From an uncultured Melioribacter sp. (GTDB lineage Bacteria; Bacteroidota; Ignavibacteria; Kapaibacteriales; Kapaibacteriaceae), in assembly GCA_964432155.1 (NCBI GenBank), contig CAYSMF010000003.1, positions 34,108 to 98,107 on the forward strand: a DNA stretch of 64,000 nt, in the 5' to 3' direction. Position 1 is the first letter of the stretch, and each line of letters starts with the position of its first letter. Shown here piece after piece: positions 46,101 to 54,905 of the stretch. The notes under the pieces were generated by a model. It was not told the DNA's origin. It saw only the letters and a list, made by a program, of their open reading frames with translations, and ran no database searches. The position numbers and the translations under genes were made by a program.

Positions 46101-46210
46101 TTGCGCAGGTCTGTCGAAAGGATCACTGGGGAATCTTAGTCGCCACCACTGATGAGAAAGATTCGCATGAAGAAGAACGCAACGAAGATCCGCACACTCT
46201 CGCCAACTGA
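43139..46210 (+). CDS. AddB-like PD-(D/E)XK nuclease with Fe-S cysteines and an inactive helicase-like N-terminal region
   Basis: C-terminal …TQCPYRFFAQ…, RIDRIDL…VVDYKSS (D…D/ExK) and CNTCRVAQVC (Cx2Cx5C). No Walker A in the N-terminal 700 aa. 1023 aa. Confidence 0.75.
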   Translation: MTSWISSTPETVFQDVCSATSLSQRVAMLPEGPVIVVVPTARQRDDILMQWARHNGRGEPPMIITMAGLYRALAPAVLTNVPRILSDSSVDVLLEQAMETCDLPVGSIRLRASRIVRWAQELRSPAWLRDAAARHPSHRAARQLATAAKIWSAYEELLGSRAADRGTFSRRIVDALQHQPLQHLTMATGDTHSRILVLDTHGVTGVDAQLLCALTSSGWDIAIQFAPELPVSDLAHVSRTTRDLQWFVSQGWHLGAQIASSLPEGERCMVPCASRGDEVRRAVAVCKEAASSGVPLSAIALCVPGDQQYAERLRQACAEAGVPLQSIHEVSLAQTHAASLLHACCRVVTGGWLRTDVERVLREPMLRDIMQYGPSLLLIAREERIVGGNGMQEWIDRIEQRQADMQAIAERGDDDSDHAQRNAQRYGYALRTLRDLRTMLDVHVQGAMDAERFASLVLTKIAASINLEQRSAEHEPQSFNALRDTCSAYIALHRDHELPNCSFATHLYRWWTIVRSTMVARTGRSLAGVRIVRPAELRSGAYQVVVVVGCIEGEFPRTSVQQLDEDVVPDVQKHLAWESMADIAFAAQAGGSTLFMYPTMLEGSPVLASTTIDALEGCMSPRSRWVSADTSVSCIVHPRDLRVDPADVPESDRSQLGDVQAGLKGEAARILAEELARPISPSRLDVATQCPYRFFAQIILRLDDLDIDDARLSPLERGTLLHDVVHRWYRRLRNDAPVEITPAGLRAACVNLLATSFDEQWLLLTRVVDEVLAEQSHIHAFAPVERRALVGDEYTPGLLKRWLALEREDQRASGFMPVLFEHEIEITLEIPTEHGIAAVPVKTRIDRIDLREDRGVFSVSVVDYKSSLSDAFSATNVKKGLASQMPLYLAAVKAWFAQHGIEVQPEAAVYRAFGTALPSPANLDRRVVLADVGSPMVTLTSSRAKKVTDPLNDTLESILTLLHPGIAQIQSGAYPVRPRNNACNTCRVAQVCRKDHWGILVATTDEKDSHEEERNEDPHTLAN

Positions 46211-48596
46211 ACTTCGCTGGACATGTCCGCATGCACACCTGCCGTTCACAACGTCGACGAAGCAGCTAAAGCCGTTGCAGCGGATCGTAGGACAAGAGCG
46301 TGCGATCGAAGCCATTGAGCTCGGTGCTCGTATTCGGAGTCAGGGCTATAACATCTGGGCTTCCGGTGTAGTGGGTACTGGCCGCATGACGACAATCCGT
46401 CAGATTCTTGACGAGCGCAAGAATGAGCGCGTTCAACTCCACGACTTTGCCTACGTGAACAACTTCCGCACACCAGATCAGCCAGTGCTGATTCGGTTTC
46501 AGGCGGGCGAGGGACGCGTTTTTGCCCGTATGATGGACGAGGCCATGACGGTGGTGCGACGTCGGATTCCGCAGCTTTTCGAAGATGAGCAGTTTCAGGC
46601 CGAGCGCAAGAGCATTATACAGCGCTTTCAACAGCGTGAGCAAAAGCTTATCGGAGAGTTCGACGCGAAGATCCGTCCCGCCGGCTTCGTCGTCGGCACG
46701 CTCCAGGAGGAGGATGGCACGGGTCGAACGGAAGTGTTCCCGATCGTCGATGGACAGCCGGTAGCCATGGATGATCTGGATGAAATGGTGCAAGCCAAGA
46801 AGATTACCGCTGATCAGGCGACGGCGTTGCATGTTTCGTACGAGCGCTATCGCGACGAACTCAACGAAATCGGACGTCGATCGATGCGTGTGATGGTTGA
46901 CTTCCGAAAGGAACTCGCCAAGAATGATCAGGCAGCAGTTGGTATTCTGTTGAAGAGCATTTTCGAAGACCTCCGCACCAGCTTCCCACGCGACCGCGTG
47001 ATGGAGTTTCTGCAAGGCCTCACGGCATTCATTCTCGACCACATCGAAGAGTTTGTCCGGGTGTATTCTGCAAAACACAATGGAGTTGCAGACGAAGCAA
47101 CGGAGGAGCTCGGACGTCAGCTTGAGCGCATGTCTGTGGTAAATCTGATTCTCGACAACTATGCCACATCGACTGCGCCAATCGTCGTTGAGACGTCGCC
47201 GACTTATCAGTCGCTCTTTGGCACAATTGAACGGCGTGTCGATGCTCGTGGCTTCACCGTGAGCGATGTCTCGCACATTCGTGCTGGCTCGTTGCTTCGT
47301 GCAGATGGCGGGTACATCATTCTTAATGCAATGGATGTGTTAGCTGATGCCACGGTGTGGGCAGCACTGAAGAAGGTGATGCTCTACGGTCGACTCGACA
47401 TTCAGCCGCTCGACATACAGTTCCAACTCAATACGATCAAGCCCGATTTCATTCGACTCGACGTGAAAGTGATCCTGCTTGGTGATCCCGCCGTGTATCT
47501 CGCGCTGTGGGCAGCCGATGAGGACTTCCACAAGATGTTCAAGGTGCATGCAGAGTTCGACGACGAAGCTCCACGTACGCGTGAGATGATTAGACACTAC
47601 TGCGCGTTTATCTCGCAGATCGCAGCTGAAGAGTCGCTTCTTCACTGCGATCGTGGCGGTGCTGCGGCAATCATCGAGTGGGCCGTTGCCTTCACCGAGA
47701 CGAGTACGAAGATCAGCCTCCAGTTCGCGTATGCTGCCGACTTACTTCGTGAAGCGTCGCACTTTGCTGCACTTAAGGGATCTCGCCTTGTGCGTGAAGA
47801 ACATGTTCGCCATGCTATCGCGATGCGCCAGCGACGTAGTAGTCGTGCTGATGAGACCATTCGTGAAAGTATTAAGAAGGGCACACTGCTTATCGACACG
47901 AAGGGAAGTCGCGTCGGACAAATCAATGGACTCACGGTATACAGCAGTGGTATCGTGTCGTTTGGTAAGCCTGCGCGTATCACAGCGACCGTAAGTGCTG
48001 GCAATGCTGGCATCATCAACATTGAGCGCGAGGTTGCTATGAGTGGGTCGATCCACTCAAAGGGTGTCCTCATTCTCTCGGGTCTGCTTCGCACCCTGTT
48101 CTCACGCCGACAGCCAATGTCGTTTACGGCAAGCATCGCCTTCGAGCAGAACTACGGTGGTGTAGATGGCGACAGTGCCTCAGCGGCCGAAATGATTGCG
48201 CTTCTGAGCGCGATCTCAAACATCCCTATTCGTCAGGATCTCGGCATCACCGGAAGCATCAATCAGAAGGGCGATATCCAAGCGATTGGTGGAGTGAACG
48301 AAAAGATCACCGGCTTCTTCGAGATCTGTAAGGATAAGGGGCTTACCGGCTCGCAGGGTGTTGTGATACCGATTCAGAATGTCACCGATCTGATGCTGAA
48401 TGATGAAATCGTCGATGCAGTGAAAGCAAAGAAGTTTCACATCTACGCCATTGAGCGTGTTGAAGAGGCGGTAGAACTCATGATGGGCGTGCCAGCAGGC
48501 AAGGTTCGCAGCGATGGACGCTTCCCCGATGGTACGGTGTTCGGCAAGGTGCAACACAACCTTGATGTATTGCACGAAGCTTCACGGATGAAGTGA
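46152..48596 (+). CDS. Lon-related protease (COG1067/LonC-like) with AAA-like module and S16 protease domain
   Basis: …IVGQERAIEAIELG…, the P-loop-like GVVGTGRMT (Arg in place of Lys), and a protease Ser in VDGDSASAAEMIALLSAIS with the Lys near …NQKGDIQAIGGVNEKI. ATG 46167 is an alternative start. It overlaps the upstream gene by 44-59 nt. Confidence 0.8.
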   Translation: MRKIRMKKNATKIRTLSPTELRWTCPHAHLPFTTSTKQLKPLQRIVGQERAIEAIELGARIRSQGYNIWASGVVGTGRMTTIRQILDERKNERVQLHDFAYVNNFRTPDQPVLIRFQAGEGRVFARMMDEAMTVVRRRIPQLFEDEQFQAERKSIIQRFQQREQKLIGEFDAKIRPAGFVVGTLQEEDGTGRTEVFPIVDGQPVAMDDLDEMVQAKKITADQATALHVSYERYRDELNEIGRRSMRVMVDFRKELAKNDQAAVGILLKSIFEDLRTSFPRDRVMEFLQGLTAFILDHIEEFVRVYSAKHNGVADEATEELGRQLERMSVVNLILDNYATSTAPIVVETSPTYQSLFGTIERRVDARGFTVSDVSHIRAGSLLRADGGYIILNAMDVLADATVWAALKKVMLYGRLDIQPLDIQFQLNTIKPDFIRLDVKVILLGDPAVYLALWAADEDFHKMFKVHAEFDDEAPRTREMIRHYCAFISQIAAEESLLHCDRGGAAAIIEWAVAFTETSTKISLQFAYAADLLREASHFAALKGSRLVREEHVRHAIAMRQRRSSRADETIRESIKKGTLLIDTKGSRVGQINGLTVYSSGIVSFGKPARITATVSAGNAGIINIEREVAMSGSIHSKGVLILSGLLRTLFSRRQPMSFTASIAFEQNYGGVDGDSASAAEMIALLSAISNIPIRQDLGITGSINQKGDIQAIGGVNEKITGFFEICKDKGLTGSQGVVIPIQNVTDLMLNDEIVDAVKAKKFHIYAIERVEEAVELMMGVPAGKVRSDGRFPDGTVFGKVQHNLDVLHEASRMK

Positions 48597-48607
48597 GCGT
48601 CTGCGAT

Positions 48608-50131
48608 TTAGTGACGGAAGTGGCGTGTACCGGTGAAGATCATTGCAAGCCCCTTTTCATTGGCGGCTGCAATCACTTCTTCGTCGCGCACGGAGCCGCC
48701 TGGCTGAATCACGCATGATGCGCCTGCCTCGGCAGCTTGCAGGAGTCCGTCAGCAAACGGGAAGAATGCATCCGATGCAACGGCGCACCCAGCAAGGTCG
48801 ATGCCAGCATCCTGTGCCTTGCGAACAGCAATGCGTGCGGAATCGATGCGCGACATCTGTCCAGCGCCAATAGCGAGGGAGCGATCTGCTGCTGCGTAAA
48901 CGATGGCATTGCTCTTCACATGCTTTGCAATCTTCCATGCAAACAGCATCGCAGCGTGCTGCTCGGCTGTTGGCTGCTTGGCCGTTACAACGCGAAGGTC
49001 TGCTTCGTTGAAGAGTGTCGTATCACCATCCTGCACGAGGAAGCCGCCGGCTACTGATCGAACGCTCGTGCGTGATGCTGTACGGAACGCATCGACGTCG
49101 ACTGTCATGAGACGACGATCCTTTTTCTTCGTCAGTTGTGCCAATGCTTCTTCGGTGTAGGAAGGGGCGATCAGTACTTCGGCGAAGAGGGAGTGAATCT
49201 CTGTAGCCATTGCAATGTCGACTTCGCGGTTCATCGCAATGATGCCGCCGAACGGACTCACCGTGTCGGTTGCAAATGCCTTTGCGTATGCTTCAACAAG
49301 CGTAGCACCGGAGCCAACGCCGCATGGGTTGTTGTGCTTGACGATCACAACGGTCGGCTCGTCGAACTCCATGCAGAGTCCCATCGCTGCATCGATGTCG
49401 AGAATGTTGTTATACGAGAGTTCCTTCCCGTGAAGCTGTCGCATGATCGATGTAAACGATCCGTAGAGCATCGCCTTCTGGTGTGGATTCTCGCCATAGC
49501 GGAGCGATTGATCGCGGCGCAACGGAATTGCCGTCTCGTTGAGGAAGCCGTGTGCCCCCTGATCAGCAAACCACTGCGTGATGCGTGCGTCGTATTGAGC
49601 TGTGTGTGCAAACGCTTCCATCGCCAACGCAGTGCGAAGGGTGATCGACGTTGTGCCTGTAGCGCGAAGTTCTGCGAGAACATCATCGTATCGTGAAGGA
49701 TTCACGATGATGGTTGTGTGTGCGTGGTTCTTCGCCGATGCACGTACCATGGCCGGACCGCCAATGTCAATCTGTTCGATGATTTCAGCTGGCGTCGCTC
49801 CCGAACGTGCAACGGTCTGCTCGAACGGGTAGAGGTTGACCACGACGATGTCGATCTTCTCGATGCCGTGCTCCTTCATCTGCGCGACGTGCTGCGGATT
49901 ATCCATCACCGCGAGCAATCCGCCGTGGATCTTCGGATGCAGCGTCTTCACCCGTCCGTCCATGATCTCGGGGAAGCCGGTAAGGTCCGACACCTTCGTC
50001 ACGGGAATTCCGGCCTCGGCTAGGGCCTTGGCTGTGCCCCCTGTGGAGATACAGCGGATACCCAGGGCTTGTAGCTCGCGGGCAAATTCAACAACACCAG
50101 TTTTATCGGAGACGGAGAGGAGAGCGTTCAT
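48608..50131 (-). CDS. purH: Bifunctional AICAR transformylase / IMP cyclohydrolase
   Basis: [17 protein letters not shown] (MGS-like domain), …[13 protein letters not shown]…, and the C-terminal AICARFT domain. Start set to ATG 50131, 4 nt after a TATCTTTG box. Confidence 0.96.
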   Translation of the reverse strand: MNALLSVSDKTGVVEFARELQALGIRCISTGGTAKALAEAGIPVTKVSDLTGFPEIMDGRVKTLHPKIHGGLLAVMDNPQHVAQMKEHGIEKIDIVVVNLYPFEQTVARSGATPAEIIEQIDIGGPAMVRASAKNHAHTTIIVNPSRYDDVLAELRATGTTSITLRTALAMEAFAHTAQYDARITQWFADQGAHGFLNETAIPLRRDQSLRYGENPHQKAMLYGSFTSIMRQLHGKELSYNNILDIDAAMGLCMEFDEPTVVIVKHNNPCGVGSGATLVEAYAKAFATDTVSPFGGIIAMNREVDIAMATEIHSLFAEVLIAPSYTEEALAQLTKKKDRRLMTVDVDAFRTASRTSVRSVAGGFLVQDGDTTLFNEADLRVVTAKQPTAEQHAAMLFAWKIAKHVKSNAIVYAAADRSLAIGAGQMSRIDSARIAVRKAQDAGIDLAGCAVASDAFFPFADGLLQAAEAGASCVIQPGGSVRDEEVIAAANEKGLAMIFTGTRHFRH

Positions 50132-50135
50132 GACA

Positions 50136-50143
50136 CAAAGATA
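50136..50143 (-). promoter_or_regulatory. Candidate -7 box TATCTTTG, 4 nt upstream of the purH ATG
   Basis: The minus strand reads TATCTTTG-tgtc-ATG. Confidence 0.55.
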
Positions 50144-50176
50144 CCGCAACGATTTCGACCGATGAGTCGGTCATCG

Positions 50177-50184
50177 TATGTTTG
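50177..50184 (+). promoter_or_regulatory. Candidate -7 box TATGTTTG for the PAS-MenA gene
   Basis: TATGTTTG lies 38 nt upstream of GTG 50223 and contains the ORF-track ATG 50178. Confidence 0.45.
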
Positions 50185-50222
50185 CATATCGTTATTCACT
50201 CACCATTGTTTTTGGAGACCTC

Positions 50223-51506
50223 GTGGCAACGGCACTTGATAAGTCAGTGATCACCTGCGACATGGAAGGTATCGTAGAGACCTTCAGCGACGGGGCGCAA
50301 GTGATGTTTGGATACTCGCGCGAAGAGACGATTGGCAAGGTGCGCGTCAGCGATTTTTCACCTGGCGAAATCGTGCTTCAGAATCTCGGTGGCTGGCTTG
50401 CTACCGCAGTGAAGGAAGGCGAGTGGGTTGGTCAGACGAATTTCCGTCGCAAGAACGGCGAGTTGTTCGGCGCACAGATTCGTATTACGCCAACGTTCAA
50501 GAACGGTGTGCAGATCGGATTCTGCGGTGTTACAGAAGAGCTCGACAGCACAGTTGATGTTCCGATCAAGGGTTCAACAAAATTTGTGAAGTGGCTCGTG
50601 GTTACGCGCGCTCCGTTCCTCACGGCCGCGCTCACGCCATGCTTTATCGCACTTGCCTACGTGGCTGGTGTGTTGGACCACAGCGTGAACTGGCTGCATG
50701 CAACCCTTGCCTGTGTTGGTGTTGCGTTGCTTCACCTTGCGAGCAACGTGTACAACGATTACTTCGACTATAAGAGCGGCACGGATCAAGCCAATACGAA
50801 GTACTTCACGCAATTCTCGGGTGGGTCGCGTTCGATCTTCTTGGGTCTGATCGACTTGAAGGGTACGCTTCGTGTCGCGAACACACTCGCTTTGTTGGCA
50901 TTCTTAATTGGTGTGTACCTGACGTATTCAGTGGGTACGGGAGTACTTGCAATTGGCTTTGCAGGACTTGCCCTTGGGTATTTCTACACGGCACCCCCAT
51001 TGCGTTTGGTTGCACGACACGGACTTGGCGAGATTGTTATCGGCCTTGCCTTCGGTCCACTGATCACACTTGGTGTGTTCTACGTTGCTACGGCATCGAC
51101 AGCGCCAGAGCTGTGGTCGTCGTTCGCAACAATGGCATTCCTGGTTGGCATCCCTGCGGGCTTGCTCACATCGAACATCCTGCTGATCAATCAGATCCCT
51201 GATACTGAGGGCGATGCAGTAACAGGCAAGGCTCACCTGGTGGTCACATTTGGCTACCGTGCAGCTGTGTGGTTTTACATGCTCTTCATCGGTGGAGCGA
51301 TTGGCGTGACAGCATACTTGGGTTCGGTCCTGAACAATCCGTATCTCTACGGTGTTGCTGGCATCACGACGCTCTTCGCTGCATGGATCGTGTCGTACAT
51401 GCGTAAGCACCTCTACGCACGCACGCTTGTTAAGGGCAACGTTGCAACGATTCAGTTCCAGATCGGCTTCTCGATCCTGTTCATCGTCGCACTCCTACTC
51501 GGATAA
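50223..51506 (+). CDS. PAS domain fused to a UbiA-superfamily (MenA-like) polyprenyltransferase
   Basis: The N-terminal ~115 aa are PAS-like (LDKSVITCDMEGIVETFSDGAQVMFGYSREETIGK…NGELFGAQIRITP…). An 8-9 TM region follows with Asp-rich motifs NVYNDYFDYKSGTD and DTEGDAVTGKAHL. Start set to GTG 50223, with GGAGA 5 nt upstream. ORF-track ATG 50178 lies inside a TATGTTTG box. Confidence 0.7.
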   Translation: MATALDKSVITCDMEGIVETFSDGAQVMFGYSREETIGKVRVSDFSPGEIVLQNLGGWLATAVKEGEWVGQTNFRRKNGELFGAQIRITPTFKNGVQIGFCGVTEELDSTVDVPIKGSTKFVKWLVVTRAPFLTAALTPCFIALAYVAGVLDHSVNWLHATLACVGVALLHLASNVYNDYFDYKSGTDQANTKYFTQFSGGSRSIFLGLIDLKGTLRVANTLALLAFLIGVYLTYSVGTGVLAIGFAGLALGYFYTAPPLRLVARHGLGEIVIGLAFGPLITLGVFYVATASTAPELWSSFATMAFLVGIPAGLLTSNILLINQIPDTEGDAVTGKAHLVVTFGYRAAVWFYMLFIGGAIGVTAYLGSVLNNPYLYGVAGITTLFAAWIVSYMRKHLYARTLVKGNVATIQFQIGFSILFIVALLLG

Positions 51507-52772
51507 CGCACGCACTTCGTCGATTACGTGGAAGCTCCCGCAGGCAACTGTGGGAGCTTCTGTCGTTTGTGCCCGACGGAAGGCCTCAGCCACACTTGTC
51601 GACGATGTTGTTGTTGTGTGTCCTGCCGCTGCTGCGCGCTTCACGAGCTCGTCGACGGGCATACTACGAGGGATATGGGGCGAGCAGCAATGAAGCGTGC
51701 GCGTGATTGGCAGGAGTTCGCGGAGCATTCCATCGACATCCTTGTCCGACATCGCGCCGAATACGACGTCGAATGAATGCTCGGCATACCCAGCAGAACG
51801 CAGTGTGTCGACAAGCGCACGCAGTCCGCCTGGATTGTGCGAGACGTCGTGAATCACAGGGGGGTGTTGTTGGACAAGCTCACACCGCGCGGCAAGCCCT
51901 GTGGTTGCGCGGACGCGACGAAGGCCTTGCTCGACGTGGTTGTCGTCAATGTGATACGTCGAGCGCAGCAGCGGGAGTGCGGTCAGGACTGTAGCGATGT
52001 TGCGTGTTTGGTGGAGACCTGCGAGGTCTGTGAGGAGATATCGCAGATCGTCGGTTGATGTAACAGCAACCGACATCGTAAGGTCGGGAAGAATGCGATC
52101 GCATTGTACATCGATCACATCGTCGGCGAAGATGATCGGTGCGCGCTCGCGTTCCGCCTTGCGTTCGAATACCGAACGCACATCAGTGCCGTGGTGGCCA
52201 ACAACGACGGGTGTTTCTGGCTTGATGATGCCGGCCTTTTCGCCAGCGATAGCAGGAAGTGTCGTGCCTAGGTACTCCATGTGGTCCATGTCAATCTGCG
52301 TAATGATCGACAGCAGGGGATGTACAACATTGGTAGCATCAAGGCGACCGCCGAGTCCGGTCTCGAGGATGACGACGTCCACGCGACGATCCGCGAAGTA
52401 CTGCAGAGCCATTGCCGTGGTGACCTCGAAGAACGTCCCACCGATACCGCGCGCCGTCTCCATGAGCGGTACAGCATAGCGTGCAATGTCTTCATCGGTG
52501 ATCGGCACGCCATCGATACGAATCCGTTCGCGGAAGTGGCGTATGTGTGGCGATGTGTAGAGTCCTGTGCGATACCCAGCGTGTGTGAGGATCGATGCTA
52601 GCATTGAGCACGTTGAGCCCTTGCCGTTGGTTCCTGCAACGTGAATGACAGGCAATCGTGCATGTGGATCGCCAACAGATTCACACAGCGCGGTGATGCG
52701 TTCGAGACCTGGCTTAATACCAGCGTGGAACGTCATCGCAAACAGGTCGTCGAGAATGTTCTGAAGATTCAT
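51495..52772 (-). CDS. folC: Bifunctional folylpolyglutamate synthase / dihydrofolate synthase
   Basis: HVAGTNGKGST P-loop with Mur-ligase-like middle and C-terminal domains. 425 aa. Confidence 0.93.
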   Translation of the reverse strand: MNLQNILDDLFAMTFHAGIKPGLERITALCESVGDPHARLPVIHVAGTNGKGSTCSMLASILTHAGYRTGLYTSPHIRHFRERIRIDGVPITDEDIARYAVPLMETARGIGGTFFEVTTAMALQYFADRRVDVVILETGLGGRLDATNVVHPLLSIITQIDMDHMEYLGTTLPAIAGEKAGIIKPETPVVVGHHGTDVRSVFERKAERERAPIIFADDVIDVQCDRILPDLTMSVAVTSTDDLRYLLTDLAGLHQTRNIATVLTALPLLRSTYHIDDNHVEQGLRRVRATTGLAARCELVQQHPPVIHDVSHNPGGLRALVDTLRSAGYAEHSFDVVFGAMSDKDVDGMLRELLPITRTLHCCSPHIPRSMPVDELVKRAAAAGHTTTTSSTSVAEAFRRAQTTEAPTVACGSFHVIDEVRALSE

Positions 52773-52800
52773 ACGTGCAATCTACGAGGGGCAGAAACGA

Positions 52801-52826
52801 CAACGGCCCGCCGAAGCGGGCCGTTG
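52801..52826 (-). terminator. Hairpin downstream of rpsA (candidate intrinsic terminator)
   Basis: Perfect 11-bp stem CAACGGCCCGC / GCGGGCCGTTG with a 4-nt loop. It is followed on the minus strand by TCGTTTCTG. Confidence 0.65.
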
Positions 52827-52851
52827 CAATCATCTGCAAGATCTGCGAAGA

Positions 52852-54696
52852 TTACTCAGCGATTGGTTCGCTGTCTTCGAGGTCTTCGATTGTCGTAGCT
52901 GCCGAGGCAGAGCCATCAGCGTTGTACTTGTCTGCGTTTGGAACTGGGTGGTTCGCGTTGTACGTCGCAACTTCTTCTGCTGAGCGACCGCGGAGGTATT
53001 CAACGACGGACAGAACAATCTTCTTCTGCTCCTTGTCGAACTCCACAACCTTAAGTGGAAGGTTGTCGCCGGCATTGAAGTAATCTGCGATGTTGCGAAC
53101 TGGTGCGAACGAGAGCTGCGACACTGGAACGAAGCCGTCGACGCCTTGTGGCATTTCGACGATCACGCCCTTGTCGATCAGGCGAACGATCTTGCCTTCT
53201 GTCTCTGTGCCAACACCGAATTCACCTTCGAAGATGTCCCATGGGTTTTCGCTGATTTGCTTGTGACCCAACGAGATACGGCGGTGTTCGTTGTCAACTG
53301 CGAGCACGACGACATCGATTTCATCGCCCTTCTTCACGAATTCACCCGGATGACGGATCTTCTTCGTCCATGAGAGGTCGGAGATGTGCACGAGGCCATC
53401 AACGCCAGGCTCGAGTTCGATGAAGACGCCAAAGTTTGTGAGGTTGCGTACTGCACCCTTGTGTACCGATCCGATCGGGTACTTGGCCATGAGGTCGTTC
53501 CATGGATCTGGCTCGAGCTGCTTCATGCCAAGTGCAAGCTTGCGCTCGCCCTTGTCGATGTTCAGCACAACTGCGTCGACCATCTGGCCGAGCGACACCA
53601 CTTGTGATGGGTGCTTGACGTGCTGTGTCCACGACATTTCGCTGATGTGGATCAGACCTTCGACGCCCTTCTCGATTTCGATGAAGGCACCGTAATCTGT
53701 CAGCGATACGACCTTGCCGCGAACCTTTGTTCCTGGCTCGTACTTCTCGCCGATTTGATCCCATGGGTGCGATGTGAGCTGCTTCATGCCCAACGAAATC
53801 CGCTTGCGGTTTTCGTCGAAATCGAGCACAACAACCTTGACTTGCTGATCGAGTGTAACGATCTCGCTTGGGTGTGCAACGCGACCCCATGAGAGGTCTG
53901 TGATGTGCACGAGACCGTCGACGCCACCAAGGTCGACGAACACGCCGAAGTCGGAGATCGCCTTGACGGTACCTTCGAGAACGAGACCCTTCTCGAGCAT
54001 CTCGAGAATCTTGCCGCGCTGCTCTTGGAGTTGCTCTTCGAGCAACACCTTGTGCGACACAACAACGTTTTCGCTTGGATGGTTAACCTTCACAACGCGC
54101 ACGTCGATTGTGCGACCAACCCACGCATCGAAGTCACGCACTGGGCGAACGTCGATTTGTGAGCCTGGAAGGAACGCTTCGATTCCAAGAAGGTCGACAA
54201 CCATACCGCCCTTGATGCGGCGAAGGATGCGAACCTGTGTGACTGTCTGTGTTTCTGCCAGCTTGAGAATTTCTTCCCATGTCTTCATGAAGTCAGCACG
54301 ACGGCGGCTGAGCATCAGACGGCCATCGCCGTCTTCGATCTTCTCAACGAACACGTCAACCACTTCGCCTGGGGCGAGCAGTTCTGCTCCAACGAATTCA
54401 GCGCGTGGCACAACGCCAAGCGACTTGAATCCGATATCGACGAGGATTTCATCCTTCGTAACCGAAATCACAGTGCCGTGCACCATGTCGTCAGCCTTGA
54501 GGGTAGAAACCTTTGTGTCGAACAACTGCAAGAATGCATCGTCGTTCATAGCTGAGCTGTCGAGCTCGCCGCTCAGAAGAGCAGCGATAGCTGAACGCTT
54601 CGCTGTTAGTTCAGGCGCCACTGATGGTTGAGCCGAAGCAGCTGCGACGGTCTCCATCGTGACGTCCTTTGTTGCTTCGGGTGTCTGTTCCGACAT
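52852..54696 (-). CDS. rpsA: 30S ribosomal protein S1
   Basis: Six S1 repeats (…GTVISVTKDEILVDIG…, …GKVVSLTDYGAFIEI…, …GAVRNLTNFGVFIEL…). Start re-set to ATG 54696, with GGAG 8 nt upstream. Confidence 0.95.
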   Translation of the reverse strand: MSEQTPEATKDVTMETVAAASAQPSVAPELTAKRSAIAALLSGELDSSAMNDDAFLQLFDTKVSTLKADDMVHGTVISVTKDEILVDIGFKSLGVVPRAEFVGAELLAPGEVVDVFVEKIEDGDGRLMLSRRRADFMKTWEEILKLAETQTVTQVRILRRIKGGMVVDLLGIEAFLPGSQIDVRPVRDFDAWVGRTIDVRVVKVNHPSENVVVSHKVLLEEQLQEQRGKILEMLEKGLVLEGTVKAISDFGVFVDLGGVDGLVHITDLSWGRVAHPSEIVTLDQQVKVVVLDFDENRKRISLGMKQLTSHPWDQIGEKYEPGTKVRGKVVSLTDYGAFIEIEKGVEGLIHISEMSWTQHVKHPSQVVSLGQMVDAVVLNIDKGERKLALGMKQLEPDPWNDLMAKYPIGSVHKGAVRNLTNFGVFIELEPGVDGLVHISDLSWTKKIRHPGEFVKKGDEIDVVVLAVDNEHRRISLGHKQISENPWDIFEGEFGVGTETEGKIVRLIDKGVIVEMPQGVDGFVPVSQLSFAPVRNIADYFNAGDNLPLKVVEFDKEQKKIVLSVVEYLRGRSAEEVATYNANHPVPNADKYNADGSASAATTIEDLEDSEPIAE

Positions 54697-54791
54697 ACAA
54701 AAAACTCCTTGTCCCAGCGACAACGTGACCCTGTCGTTGCGCGTGAACCAGTTGGGATAGTTCAACAAAAGATCGGGTCAAATGAGAACGG

Positions 54792-54799
54792 CAAAGATA
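54792..54799 (-). promoter_or_regulatory. Candidate -7 box TATCTTTG for rpsA (long leader)
   Basis: The minus strand reads TATCTTTG, 95 nt upstream of ATG 54696. Confidence 0.5.
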
Positions 54800-54848
54800 G
54801 GGAAAAACCCCGTCCAAGCAGCCTTCTGGGCGCTTGGGGGAGAGTCTG

Positions 54849-54856
54849 TAACTTTG
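54849..54856 (+). promoter_or_regulatory. Candidate -7 box TAACTTTG upstream of the 82-aa ORF
   Basis: TAACTTTG-gc-ATG(54859) starts a 26-codon ORF. The 82-aa ORF starts 49 nt downstream of the box. Confidence 0.4.
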
Positions 54857-54905
54857 GCATGAAATTTTGTGTTCTACTCCGAACACCTAACACCGGGATA
54901 CCCTC

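Noticed and set aside
43139-48596. AddB-like nuclease plus Lon-like protease read as a BREX-like or other known defence system (BrxL is Lon-like).
   Set aside because: No methyltransferase, PglZ, BrxC-type ATPase or other defence hallmark lies nearby. The nuclease has the full AddB repair-enzyme signature, and the flanking genes are housekeeping. I kept it only as a gene-linkage curiosity.
50132-50176. ZTP (pfl) riboswitch upstream of purH.
   Set aside because: Only 4 nt separate the promoter box from the purH ATG, and the whole divergent interval is about 45-90 bp. There is no room for the pseudoknotted aptamer.
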